DNA from: Heterodontus francisci
Lineage: Eukaryota
NCBI RefSeq assembly: GCF_036365525.1
Contig: NC_090378.1
Coordinates: 118,281,593 to 118,345,592 of the forward strand
Length of the DNA: 64,000 nucleotides
Direction: 5' to 3'
Made by a program: the position numbers and the translations under genes. Every line of letters starts with the position of its first letter. Position 1 is the first letter of the stretch. The notes below the pieces were generated by a model. It saw only the letters and a list, made by a program, of their open reading frames with translations, had not been told where the DNA came from and did not search any database. Shown here one piece after another: positions 14,052-25,797 of the stretch.

Positions 14052-14421
14052 TCCGCCCAGTGTTTAGTGACCCAGTGTTTCCTGTCAATGGCACCATGGT
14101 CTGGGAAAGGGAGCAGATTTGGACAGTCGGGAATAATGTCGTATTCCCACCCTGAGCAAAATTTAGCCCCCCTGCTGCAACCACGGTTAAGCACCTATTC
14201 CCCACCACCCACATGTGGAGGAGAGTGGGGGAGGGTGGGGACTTGTCCGTCTCCCTCTTATCGATACTCCTCAGGAGCAGCTGGTGGAAATTGGAAGTCG
14301 GTCCAAGGTTACGGCTGTAATGACCCTAATGTGCTGCACTTTGAACTGGCAGCGAAAATCAACTTTCATCTGTAGCTGAAGATGCTGCTTCTGCTTCAAT
14401 TTGTGAAGTTGTGTTTTGTGT
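14052..14421 (+). pseudogene. Possible decayed Ig-superfamily C1-domain exon, frameshifted and with an internal insertion of about 110 bp
   Basis: Stitched frames give SAQCLVT-xVFPVNGTMVWERE...TPQEQLVEIGSRSKVTAVMTLMCCTLNWQRKSTFICS, i.e. C-L-V-T-x-x-F-P-x6-W ... W-x5-F-x-C spacing. Manual alignment only. Confidence 0.35.
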
Positions 14422-17406
14422 GACTTCAACTGCATCATCGATGCGGCTGGACGATCCGGCAGTGACGACAGCAAACTGGACGCTACGTCCAGATTCCTAA
14501 TAGAAACAGTTAAGGATGCCAAACTGCACGACGTCTTCAGCAAACCTGCAGACGGAGCGCAGCGCAGATACACATGGTCAAGATCGGACGGGTCTGCCCG
14601 TTCCAGGATTGACTTCCTGTTTGTGTCCCGTGCTGTCACGGTCGGATCCACCGACGTCAAGCCGGTGTTCTTCTCCGACCACTGCCTCTTACTGGCCGAC
14701 TGTCACTTACAGGACGACCAGCGGGTTGGCAGAGGGACGTGGAAGCTCAATGCGACACTGCTGACCCCAGAGAACGTTGAGGAACTCAAAAGGGATTACA
14801 AAGGTTGGAGGACCGTGAAACCCCTCTTTGAGTCTCCAGTTCACTGGTGGGAAGCGATAAAGGAGAACATCAAGAGGTTCTTCATCCACAAAGGTGTTCA
14901 GAAGGCGAGAGAGAGACAGAGGGAACTGTCCCGACTCCAGAAAATTATGCAAAATCTACTCCGTTTGCAGTCAATGGGGGTCGAGGTCAAGGAGGACCTC
15001 CAAGAGGTGAAGAGCCAGCAAGCCTCGCTCTTTGCCAAGGAGGCCTCCAAGATCATCTTCCGGTCCAGAGTCCGCTCCATCGAGCAGGATGAGACGTGCT
15101 CGCGTTACTTCTTCCAAAAGGTACACAGAGAGAGCTCTGTTATCAGCAGCCTGAAGGAAGAAGATGGCTCGGTAACGTCTTCGCAGTCCGACATACTAAG
15201 GATCAGCAAATCCTTTTATGCTGGGCTGTATGACGCGAAGCCCACAGACAGCAGAGCCTCCCAGTCCTTCCTGTCATCTATCACAGAGGTCCTAGATGAC
15301 AGCAGGAGGGAGAGACTGGACAAGCCGCTAATTCTGGACGAGCTGACAAAGGCCGTCGAGTCTTTCGAGACGAGTAAAACTCCCGGGAGCGACGGCTTAC
15401 CGGTCGAGTTGTACTCGTCCCTGTGGGACTGGGTCGGCCCGGACCTGCTGGAAGTATACGAGAGTATGCTCCTGGCCGGCAGCATGGCAGAATCCATGAG
15501 AAGAGGCATCATCACCCTCATTTACAAGCAGAAGGGGGAGAGGGCAGAAATCAGAAATTGGCGGCCCATCTCACTGCTTAATGTTGATTACAAGATTCTG
15601 TCCAAAGTCATAGCCAGTCGAGTCAAGTCTGCTCTGGAGTTGGTGATTCACCCCGATCAGACCTGTACTGTACCCGGCAGGAAGATCTCTGATAGTCTCG
15701 CGCTACTCAGGGATACGATCGCCTACGTACGGGACAGGAGGGTGGACACCTGCCTCATCAGTCTGGACCAGGAGAAGGCTTTTGACAGGATATCGCACAC
15801 CTACATGATGGACGTGCTTTCCAAAATGGGGTTTGGGGAGGGAATCTGCAATTGGATCCAACTGCTCTACACAAACATCAGTAGCGCAGTGTCAATCAAC
15901 GGTTGGGAATCTGAAAGTTTCCCGATCAAATCTGGAGTCAGACAGGGCTGTCCTCTGTCCCCGGTCTTGTTTGTTTGCTGTATTGAACCCTTTGCTGAGT
16001 CTATTAGGAAGGATGCGAGCATAAGAGGGGTGACAATCCCAGGCAGCGGAGGCACTCAGGTCAAAACCTCCCTGTACATGGATGACGTCGCCGTCTTCTG
16101 CTCGGATCCGCTGTCCGTGCGCAGACTGATGAGCATCTGCGACCAGTTCGAACTGGCCTCGGGAGCCAAAGTTAACCACGGCAAGAGCGAGACCATGTTC
16201 TTTGGGAACTGGGCTGACCGATCCTTTGTCCCCTTCACCGTCAGGTCAGATTACCTGAAGGTGCTGGGGATATGGTTCGGAAGTGCCGGGGCGTGCACCA
16301 AAACATGGGAGGAGCGAGTAGCCAAGGTACGACAAAAGTTGGGCATGTGGGGGCAGCGATCTCTCTCCATTGTGGGTAAGAACCTGGTCATCAGGTGCGA
16401 GGCGCTCACGTTGTTGCTCTACGTGGCGCAGGTCTGGCTCATACCCCACTCCTGCGCCGTGGCAGTCACCAGAGCCATTTTCCGCTTCGTCTGGGGATCT
16501 AAAATGGACCGGGTCCGGAGGGACACGATGTTCAAATCTCTGGACATGGGCGGGAAAAATGTACCCAACGTGGCCCTCATCCTGATGACCACCTTCGTGT
16601 GTGGCTGCATCAAGCTATGTGTAGATCCCCAGTACGCAAACTCCAAGTGTCACTACGTGCTGAGGTTCTATCTGTCCCCGGTGTTGCGAAGGATGGGCCT
16701 GGTCACATTGCCGCGGAACGCACCATGCAGTTGGGCGGCGCCGTACCACCTATCCTTCGTGGAGCAGTTTCTGCGGAAAAACACCTTTGACCACCGGTCC
16801 ATCAGGCAGTGGTCTGCACGGAATGTCCTCAAGGCCCTACGGGAAAAGGAAACGGTGGATCCTGTCGGATGGTTCCCCGAGCAGACCGTCAAAGTCATTT
16901 GGCGGAATGCCTCATCACCAGAACTTTCAAACAAGCACCAAGACATAGCTTGGCTGGTGGTGAGAAGGGCCCTCCCCGTCAGATCCTTCATGCACACCCG
17001 AAGTCTCGCCCCCTCCGCACAGTGCCCCCGCGTTGGCTGTGGTGGGGAAGAGACGGTCGCCCACCTCCTCCTGGAATGTGCCTTTGCAAAGCAGGTGTGG
17101 AAAGAGATGCAGTGGTTTTTGTCAAGGTTCATCCCAAGCAGCTCTGTAACACAGGAGTCTGTGCTCTACGGGCTGTTCCCAGGGACGCACACCGAGACAA
17201 ACATCAACTGCTGCTGGAGGACTATCAATTCGGTGAAAGACGCCCTTTGGTCTGCCCGAAACCTGCTGGTCTTCCAGCGCAAAGAGTTGTCCACCACCGA
17301 ATGTTGCAGACTGGCACATTCCAAGGTCCAGGACTACGTGCTGAGGGACGCACTAAAGCTTGGGGCAGCCGCAGCAAAGGCTCAATGGGGAAAGACCACA
17401 GTGTAA
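14416..17406 (+). CDS. Tx1-like ORF2 (partial APE endonuclease, RT, zinc knuckle), N-terminally truncated and probably not expressed
   Basis: 996-aa open frame in the ORF track with the motifs above; lacks the endonuclease N-terminal half and a true ATG start. Confidence 0.8.
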   Translation: MCDFNCIIDAAGRSGSDDSKLDATSRFLIETVKDAKLHDVFSKPADGAQRRYTWSRSDGSARSRIDFLFVSRAVTVGSTDVKPVFFSDHCLLLADCHLQDDQRVGRGTWKLNATLLTPENVEELKRDYKGWRTVKPLFESPVHWWEAIKENIKRFFIHKGVQKARERQRELSRLQKIMQNLLRLQSMGVEVKEDLQEVKSQQASLFAKEASKIIFRSRVRSIEQDETCSRYFFQKVHRESSVISSLKEEDGSVTSSQSDILRISKSFYAGLYDAKPTDSRASQSFLSSITEVLDDSRRERLDKPLILDELTKAVESFETSKTPGSDGLPVELYSSLWDWVGPDLLEVYESMLLAGSMAESMRRGIITLIYKQKGERAEIRNWRPISLLNVDYKILSKVIASRVKSALELVIHPDQTCTVPGRKISDSLALLRDTIAYVRDRRVDTCLISLDQEKAFDRISHTYMMDVLSKMGFGEGICNWIQLLYTNISSAVSINGWESESFPIKSGVRQGCPLSPVLFVCCIEPFAESIRKDASIRGVTIPGSGGTQVKTSLYMDDVAVFCSDPLSVRRLMSICDQFELASGAKVNHGKSETMFFGNWADRSFVPFTVRSDYLKVLGIWFGSAGACTKTWEERVAKVRQKLGMWGQRSLSIVGKNLVIRCEALTLLLYVAQVWLIPHSCAVAVTRAIFRFVWGSKMDRVRRDTMFKSLDMGGKNVPNVALILMTTFVCGCIKLCVDPQYANSKCHYVLRFYLSPVLRRMGLVTLPRNAPCSWAAPYHLSFVEQFLRKNTFDHRSIRQWSARNVLKALREKETVDPVGWFPEQTVKVIWRNASSPELSNKHQDIAWLVVRRALPVRSFMHTRSLAPSAQCPRVGCGGEETVAHLLLECAFAKQVWKEMQWFLSRFIPSSSVTQESVLYGLFPGTHTETNINCCWRTINSVKDALWSARNLLVFQRKELSTTECCRLAHSKVQDYVLRDALKLGAAAAKAQWGKTTV

Positions 17407-17680
17407 GGTTCCCCCACCAAGCTGGACTGAGGGGCTGGAACCATGGGAAACCCCTCGAACTGTATCGTTAATATTCTCAATTGCTGTAAATGTAAAACTG
17501 TAATTGACATGACAATTGTGAAACGGAAAGGTTGGGAAGAAACTCATGACATTATTGAAAGAAACTGATCTCTTTTGCAATGTTTGTATTTTTTCGTGCT
17601 GTTTGGAAACTGTTTGGCAATGTAATTTTTACAGATTTTTATGAATAAAGTATATTTTGGAAATAAAAAAATAAAAAAAA
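14422..17680 (+). mobile_element. Young 5'-truncated Tx1-like (L1-group) non-LTR retrotransposon
   Basis: Uninterrupted ORF2 beginning mid-endonuclease (DFN, SRIDF, SDH), RT (QGCPLSP, YMDD), CCHC knuckle (CPRVGC..ETVAHLLLEC), 3'UTR with aataaa and A-tail to 17680; perfect TSD gtgttttgtgt at 14411-14421 and 17681-17691. Confidence 0.95.
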
Positions 17681-17789
17681 GTGTTTTGTGTTTAGTATCT
17701 CGGGAAGTAAACACAGAAGCAGAAACCCAGCAAAGAACAAAGCCCCAGATATGAGCCTCCAAATGAGCACGTAACTGTTACTCTGCTAT

Positions 17790-18200
17790 GTAGAATATAG
17801 GAACAGGGGTAGGCCATTCAGCCCCTTCAAGACTGTTCCATCATTCAGTTCAATCATGGCTGATCTGTACTCCATTTACCTGCCTTTGATCCATATTCCT
17901 TGTTATTCTTATCTAATAAAAATCAGTCAATCTCTGCCTTTAAAATGTCAATTGACCAACATCTCCAATGTTTTAGAGGAGAGAATTCCAATTTCCACCA
18001 CCCTTTGTGTGAAGAAGTGCTTCCTGATTTCGAATCTTCTAATTTTAGGATTATGTCACCTTGTTGTGGATTCCCGAACTTGATAAAATAACTTCTCTTC
18101 ATCAAACCTATCAAATCCTTTTATTACTTTAAGCACCTTAATTAAATCATCCGTTCAACTTTCTAAACTCAGAGGAATACAAGACAATATTTGATAACTT
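17790..18200 (-). mobile_element. Old CR1 3'-end fragment
   Basis: Similar to the other antisense CR1 tails (gaatataggaacaggggtaggccattcagccc; ccaccaccctttgtgtgaagaagtg). Confidence 0.65.
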
Positions 18201-19279
18201 CACAAATGCATTTTAACAGGAGTTTGTGAGTTTTATATAAAAACTTGAATTAAATTAAAGTGTCAGTTTCCAATCACTGTACATGTTACTCACTAGAAAG
18301 TTTGTATGTAGGGATGTCAGGTTATTACAGAATCAGGTTTCCTGTGATGCCCCCATGATTGAATAGCCTGTTGCCACTCACTGTCAACTTGTTTCACCGA
18401 GGAGCAATTGAGGTGATTAATTTGATGCTATTGTTAATTTGATTTGTGAAGAATTATTTCCACAGAACACACACACATTCTCGGAGTGAAAATTAATTTC
18501 AATTAAACCATTGATCCAGGATGGTACATTTTGTACAACCATATCAGTTTGAGATAATGAGGTCTGTTAACATATTCCAAAGAGGAAATTGATCCCTCGA
18601 GGAGAGCAATCCAGGGGTGAAAATGGGAAGATGAATTACTATTCTCTAATTTTGTTTGATTATGTTTGGCAATCAAAGTGTATTTACACAGAAACTTCTC
18701 TTCTGAGATTCAGTGGGAATATAATCGAGAACAGGGAAGATTTGTACCTTGTTAGTGAAAGGAGCAGGCTTGATGAGCAGAATGGCCTTTTCTTGTTATA
18801 TGCTTTCCTATATCCTTGTGTGTATCTCCCACATCCAACATTCCAGAGCAACAGACCAAGAGACACCTGGAAGCAAATGTCTGCTCAGGGCCCTGGTGGA
18901 TTCTCAACTCCTGTCGACCATACTTGAGTATGACTAATGGTTCAGTGTATTCTGTGTATGTGACAGTGATGACAGTCAATAGAGGGCACCCTTTACTAAG
19001 TAGTTAAACTATCCTGGGCCTAATGCAGTTCACTGCTTTGCTGCTTTATAAACAGTAACATTCTTTGTACAGCTTGCTAGGCATTCGTACTTGAATTTAA
19101 ATTGTGTTTCTAGAAAATAATTTCCGAGCTGGTTCCTGTGATGTTGATTATTACTGATTTCACTGAGAAACAAAGTTCGTGCATCATTTAATAGGATAGG
19201 GATGTGGTTCGGGTCTGTCTGAATGTGCTGTGTATTTCACTCACTGTCAGTGTGGGCAGATTCTGTCATTTGTGATCAC

Positions 19280-20560
19280 ATTGGAAGCATTGTGAATTGT
19301 GAGGAGGATAGTGTAGAACTTCCAAAGCACATAGACAGGTTGGTGGAATGGGCAGACAAGTGGCAGATGAAATTTAATGTAGAAATGTGTGAAGTGATTT
19401 ATTTCAGTAGAAAGAATGTGGAGAAACAATATAAAATAAAGGGTAAGATTCTAAAGTGGGTGCAGCATCAACGCAAGCTCGAGGAACAGCATCTCATCTA
19501 CCGATTAGGCACACTACAGCCTGCCGGACTGAACATTGAGTTCAATAATTTCAGAGCATGACAGCCCCCCCATTTTACTTTCATTTTTAGTTCTTTTTTC
19601 TTTTTCTCTTTTTTCATTTTTTACAATTTTTTTTTTTTGCATTTATTTCATTTCATCTTAGTTTGTTCAGTTTGCTTACCCACTGTTTATTTCAGGTTTG
19701 CACTTGCTGCTGTTCAGTATTCAGTCCGTTAACACCTAATCTGTACTAATGCTTTGTCTTTCAACACACCATTAACATATTGTTTGCCTTTGCTCCATGA
19801 CCTTTTGGTCAGCTATGTGGCCTTGTCCAATCTACACCTTCTCCTTTGTTCTCTCTTGCCCCAGCCCCACCTCACTTGATTATAACCTGTGACTTTTCTC
19901 ATATTTGTCGGTTCCGAAGAAGGGTCACTGACCCGAAATGTTAACTCTGCTTCTCTTATCACAGATGCTGCCAGACCTGCTGGGTGGTTCCAGCATTTCT
20001 TGTTTTTATTGCAGTAACAGAGGGACCTGGGTGTAGACGTGTGTAAATCATTGCAGTGGCAGGACAGGTTGTGAGGGTGGTTAATAAAGCATACATCATC
20101 CTAAGTTTTATCAGTAAGGACATAGAATACAGAAGCAAGGAAGTTATGTTAAACTTGTATAAAACACTGGTTCATCGTCAACTAGAGCATTGCATCCAGT
20201 TCTGAGCACCACACGAAAGGAAGGATGTGAAGGCATTAGAGAGGGTGCAGAAAAGATTCACAAGAATAGTTCCAGGGATGAGGAACTTCAGTTATTTAGA
20301 TAGATTGGAGAGGCCGGAACTGTTTTCCTCGGAGAAGAGAAGGCTGAGAGGGGATTTGATTGAGGTATTCAAAATCATGAGGGGTCTGGAGAGAGTAGAT
20401 AGAGAAAAACTGCTCCCACTGAAGGAAGGATCGAGAACCAGAGGGCACAGATTTAAGATAATCGGCAAAAGAAGCAATGGAGACATGAAGAAAACCTTTT
20501 CACACAGCGAGTGGTTAGAATCTGAAATGCACTGTCTGAGAGTGTGGTGGAAGCAGTTAC
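19280..20560 (+). mobile_element. Degraded CR1 ORF2 3' part, interrupted by a Penelope-like fragment
   Basis: IDRLVEWADKWQMKFNV; LERVQKRFTRIVPG; EKRRLRGDLIEVFKI. Confidence 0.85.
19468..20010 (+). mobile_element. Penelope-like element 3' fragment (GIY-YIG C-terminus plus tail with a hammerhead-like motif)
   Basis: QRKLEEQHLIYRLGTLQPAGLNIEF* is typical of the PLE GIY-YIG end; ccgaagaagggtcactgacccgaaa at 19914-19938; splits the CR1 sequence. Confidence 0.75.
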
Positions 20561-20569
20561 AAGCATCCG

Positions 20570-22230
20570 AACATAGGAATTAGGAGCAGGAGGAGGTCAC
20601 TCGGCCCCTCGAGCCTGCTGCACTATTCAATAAGATCATGGCTGATCTGATTGTAACCACGACTCCACATTCCCACCTCCCTCTGAGAACCTTTCTCCCT
20701 CTTCCTTATCAAGAATCTATCTCCCTCTGCCTTAAAAATATTTAAGGACTCTGCTTCCATTGCCTTTTGATTATTGTCTGAAAAGGAAGAATGTTCAGGG
20801 CTACGGGGAGAAGGCGGGAGTGTGGCACACTCTGAATTGCTCATTCTGAGAACCAACACATAGAAACATAGAAAATAGGAGCAGGAATAGGCCGTTCGGC
20901 CCTTCAGGCCTGCTCCGCCATTCAAAAAAGATCATGGCTGATAGTTTAATTCAGTTTCCTGTTCCTGCTTTCTCTCCATATCCCTTGATCCCTTTGGCAT
21001 TCAGAAATATATGTTTCTCCTTCTTGAATATATTTTAATGACTTGGCCTCCATTGCCTTCTGCGGTAGAGAACTCCACAGGTTCACCACCCTCTGAGTGA
21101 AGAAATTTCTCCTCATCTCGGTTCTAAATGGCATACTCCATATCCTGAGACAGTTACCCCTGGTTCTGGACTCCCCAGCCATCAGGAACATCCACCCTGC
21201 ATCTAGCCTGTCTAGTCCTGTTAGAATTTTATAGGTTTCTATGAGATCCCCTCTCATTCTTCTAAACTCTAGTGAATATAGACCGAGTCGATCCATTCTC
21301 TCCTCATCCGTCAATCCTGCCATTCCAGGAATCAGCCTAGTAAATCTTCTTTGAACTCCCTCCATGGCAAGAACATCTTCCTCAGATAAGGAGACCAAAA
21401 CTGCACAATATACTCCAGACGCGGTCTCACCAAGGCCCTGTATAACTGCAGTAAGACATCCTTACTCCGGTACTCAAATCCTCTTGCAATGAAGGCCAAC
21501 ATACCATTTGCCTTCCTAACTGCTTGCAGCACCTGAATGCTTGCTTTCAGTGACTGGTGCACAAGGACACCCAGGTCTCGTTGCACCTTCCCCTTACCTA
21601 ATCTTTCACCATACAGATAATCTGCCTTTCTATTATGCCAACCAAAGTGGATTACTTCACATTTATCCACATTATACTGCATCTGCCATGCATTTGCCCA
21701 TTCACCCAATTTGTGCAAATCACATTGAAGCCTCTTTGCATCCTTCTCACAGATCACTCGCACCCCACCCCCACCCCCCCCTCCTCCAGCTTTGTGTCGT
21801 CTGCAAACTGGGAAATGTTACATTTAGTTCCCTCACCCAAGTCATTAATATATATTGTGAATAGCTGGGGTCCAAGCACTGATCCCTGCCATACCCCACT
21901 AGTCACTGCCTGCCACTCGGAAAAGACCCATTTATTCCTATTCTCTGTTTCCTGTCTGTAAACCAATTCTCATTCCATGCCAATATATTACCCCCAATCC
22001 CATGTGCTTTAATTTTGCCCACGAACCTCTTACGTGGGACCTTATCAAAAGCCTTCTGAAAATCCAAATACACCACATCCACTGGTTATCTATTATCTAT
22101 TATCCTTATCATCCTTATCTATTCTACTAGTTACAGCCTCAAAAAACTCCAGTAGATTTGATAAGCATGATCTCCCTTCCGTAAACCCATGCTGACTTTG
22201 TCCAATCCCATTTATGCTTTCCAGGTGTTC
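20570..22230 (-). mobile_element. Antisense CR1 LINE fragments (RT to 3' end)
   Basis: Minus ORFs [49 protein letters not shown]. Confidence 0.9.
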
Positions 22231-22329
22231 ACAGAAATGACGGGCCGATTGGGTTTTATTCATGTGCTCTACAATTACTGAGGACTGTGGATTATGATTT
22301 ATGTGCTATTTCCCTTCAATATCCAGCAG

Positions 22330-23168
22330 TTTCAAAGTCACTGGCATTCCCTTTCCAGTAAAGTGTCTTTCCTGATCTGATCCCATGATCCGTGGTAGTC
22401 ACCTTCTGGAGAATATCTCCTTCACCAGGATTTTCGAGATACTTCAGTGGGTAGCTGCGTTACATGGAACTGCCTCAACCCATTTGGTGAAGTTATCAAC
22501 CAGAATAAACAGTATTTATTCCCACTGCTGGAAGTTGGAAGAGATTCTATAAAATCTATATGCACACTGCCAAGGTCCTTCTAATCTTTGGGTGTGCCCC
22601 AAAGGTGCCTTTCTCCTCTGTAGGTCTGGATTATTGGCCACACAAATCAACAATTATGAAAAAATCCTCCACATCCTCTGTCTGATGAGGCCACGATCCC
22701 ACCACATTCACTCTTTTCCATGTTCCCTCTGCACTAGGATGTCCTGCTCCTGGTCCCTCCATGTACTAATCAGAGAAAATCTTCCCTCTGGGTTGTAGGC
22801 ACCACCCACTTGTCATTTTTAAATAACATCCCTTCTTTAATTCCCATTTCAGCTCTTCCACAGGGTCTCTCAACAGTCTCCTCCTTTTCTAGTTTGTTTA
22901 ACACCTCCCTGAGTGCTGGATCCAACTTTTTCACTTCTATAAGATCACTCACTCTCACTGGCTCAACCACTGCCATCATTGCTATTTCTCCCACTTCTTC
23001 CATGGGAGCCCAAGACTCTCCTCCTATAGCGCCTTTCTTTGCTAGTATGCCTTCTTTCTCATTTCCTCCCCATCTCACCTCTGTCTTAGCATGAGCCTTC
23101 ATTTTGTGTATATAATAGTCATATTTCCCCTCATTGTTCCTGATCACCTGCAGCACCGTCTTCAGCAT
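22330..23168 (-). mobile_element. LTR-retroelement/ERV-like pol fragment (RNase H C-terminus and integrase N-terminal part)
   Basis: HKMKAH..GN....LAKKGA (RNase H); GPWQ/VHIDFI..LP..GNKY / VDNFTKWVEAVP (integrase core), with frameshifts. Confidence 0.75.
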
Positions 23169-23519
23169 AGTGTTACAAGAATTTTACTTTTTGTACTCAG
23201 AACTTAGAATTCTTTGTGTTTTAAAAACTGAGAAAAGGACTTTCACTCAGTGGACATTGACCTGCAAATAGCTGAATTTTTTGGATGTTGACTCTGTACA
23301 AAAGAACTGGGAAGCAGACAGTTTCAAGGAAACAGCAAGGGGTTTTGACCTCCTCAGAGCAACACTTTGAATGACTGGAGAGACTGTCTTGTCATGTGAT
23401 TGGTTCAGGAAGGTTTGCTTTCACTTTTGACACTTTTTAAACCCAATGAGTTGGACAAAGAGCAGGCATTTTTGGAATTTGGCTGTGACCTGCCTGGAGA
23501 GAGAGAAAGACCCGCTGTG

Positions 23520-23745
23520 TAGAGGAATAGGACACCAATTTAAGGAGGTTGGTAAAGGAACCAATGATGACATGAGGAAAAACTGTTTTACCCAGAGAGT
23601 GGTCAGGATCTGGAATGAACTGTCTGAGAGTATGGTGGAGGCTGATTCAATTGGGGCTTTCAGAAGGGGATTGGATAAACACCTGAAGAGAAACGATTTG
23701 CAGGGCTATGGAGAAAAGGCAGGGGAGTGGGATGAGTTGAGTTGC
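23520..23745 (+). mobile_element. CR1 3'-end fragment
   Basis: DMRKNCFTQRVVRIWNELSE..FRRGLDKHL. Confidence 0.8.
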
Positions 23746-23747
23746 TT

Positions 23748-24875
23748 TTATTTCATTCGTTCATGGGATGTGGATGTTGCTGGCTAAGCCAGCATTTATT
23801 GACCATCTCTAATTGCCCTTGAGAAGGTGGTGGTGAGCTGCCTTCTTGAACCACTGCAGTCCATTTGGGGTAGGTACACCCACAGTGGTGTTAGGAAGGG
23901 AGTTCCAGGATTTTGACCCTCCGTCAGTGAAGGAACGGCGATACAGTTCCAAATCAGGATGGTGTGTGACTTGGAGGGGAACTTGCAGGTGGTGGTGTTC
24001 CCATGTATTTGCTGCCCTTGTCCTTCTGGTTGGTAGAGGTCGCGGATTTGGAAGGTGCTGTCTAAGGAGCCTTGGTGCATTGCTGCAGTGCATCTTGTAG
24101 ATGGTACACACTGCTGCCACTGTTAATCGGTGACGGAAGGCATGAATGTTTGTGGATGAGGTGCCAATCAAGAAGCTGCATTGTCCTGGATGGTGTCGAG
24201 CTTCTTGAGTGTTGTTGGAACTGCACCCATTCAGGCAAGTGGAGGGTATTCCATCACACTCCTGCCTTGTGCCTTATGGGCAGGCTTTGGGGAGTCAGGA
24301 GGTGCGTTACTCACTGCAGGATTCCTAGCCTCTGACCTGCTCTTGTAGCCACGGTATTTATATGGCTACTTCAGTTAAGTTTCTGGTCAATGGTAACTCC
24401 CAGGATGTTGATAGTGAGGGATTCAGCGATTGTAATGCCATTGAATGTTGGTTGGATTCTTCTTGTTGGAGATGGTCATTGCCTGGCACTTGTGTGGCGC
24501 GAATGTTACTTGCCACTTATCAGCCCAAGCCTGGATATTGTCCAGGTCTTGCTGCATTTCTACATGGACTGCTTCAGTATCTGAGGAGTTATGAATGAAA
24601 CTGAACATTGTGCAATTATCAATGAACATCCCCACTTCTGATCTTATGATTGAAGGAAGCTCTTTGATGAAGCAGCTGAAGATGGATGAACCTGGGACAC
24701 TACCCTGAGGAACTCCTGCAGCGATGTCCTGGAGATGAGATGACTGACCACCAACAACAACAGCCATCTTCTGTTATGCTCGGTATGACTCCAACCAGCG
24801 GAGAGATTTCCCCGATTCCCCTTGACTCCAGTTTTACTGGGGCTCCTTGATGCCGTACCCAGTCAAATGCTGTCT
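23748..24875 (-). mobile_element. Second CR1/L2-group LINE family, 3' half; related copies at 29668-30017 (+) and 38975-39357 (-)
   Basis: GVPQGSV.G..IFSCFI..LPSIIRSEVGMF.D.CT (RT); KSWNSLPN..WFKKAAHHHLLKGN; near-identical segments elsewhere in the window. Confidence 0.85.
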
Positions 24876-25797
24876 TTATGCCTTTTGGAAAAAGCTGGCA
24901 CAGATATGACAGGCCGAATGGCCTCCTTCTGTGTTGTAACCATTCAATGAGCCTATGATTCTCACAGCCATTGTGGGATTTGAACTCCCACACTTTGGAT
25001 TATTAGTCCACTGGATTCCTAGTTGAGTATCATATCCACTTCATCACCGTACCCATAACAAAGATCAAATTACAGAATGAGAGACAGGTTTAGTTTTAAA
25101 TGAACAAAACATGAGAATGCAATGCATTCTGTGTATAACTGGGGACTGAACAAAAAAGTGGTGTATGGGCTGTTCCTGGTTTGAGGAAGAAACTTGTAAA
25201 TTTTCCAAGTTTCTATCCCAGTTTTCCCTGTCCCCTGTGGACTGTAAGCACTGGGAGGTTGTGTTCTGTCAGTGAGAGTGCTGTAGACATGGAACTTGCT
25301 TTTTGTCTGCACCTTTCTGTGACTTTTCAGCTCATTGCTAAGTCTGAGACCTGGAATCTTGTCCTGTTACACTATTGTGGAATTTATACAGAGTTCCAGT
25401 GGCCTATAATTGTGCCTTAAAACTGGAAAGTAATTCCATCGCTGAACCTCCTAACATTGAATGTGACTGATGCTGGTTCTGATGTACAATCAGACTCACC
25501 AATTCCAACTCTCAGAAGACACAACAATCAGAGAAAGGTCTCGGTCACAACTTCCAAACTCACTGTTCTCCAGTAAACAGAGCTCCTTTCCTTAATGGAC
25601 ATTGTGAATGCTCAATGGCCAACAAGGACATGGGAGCAACCAACATACCAGGATGTATTGTTACCCAGTGGTGCAGTGTACTTCACATGGGAGAACAGCA
25701 CAGAGTCAAAGAGCTGGACATTTCACCATGAATCTTCTAGAGACAGACAACATTGTAATTTGTGTGGAATACTATGTGAAGTTTAACTTTGGGAGAA

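Noticed and set aside
19120-19145. ccgagctggttcctg resembling the antisense of a J segment
   Set aside because: No FGxG codons, splice donor or RSS.
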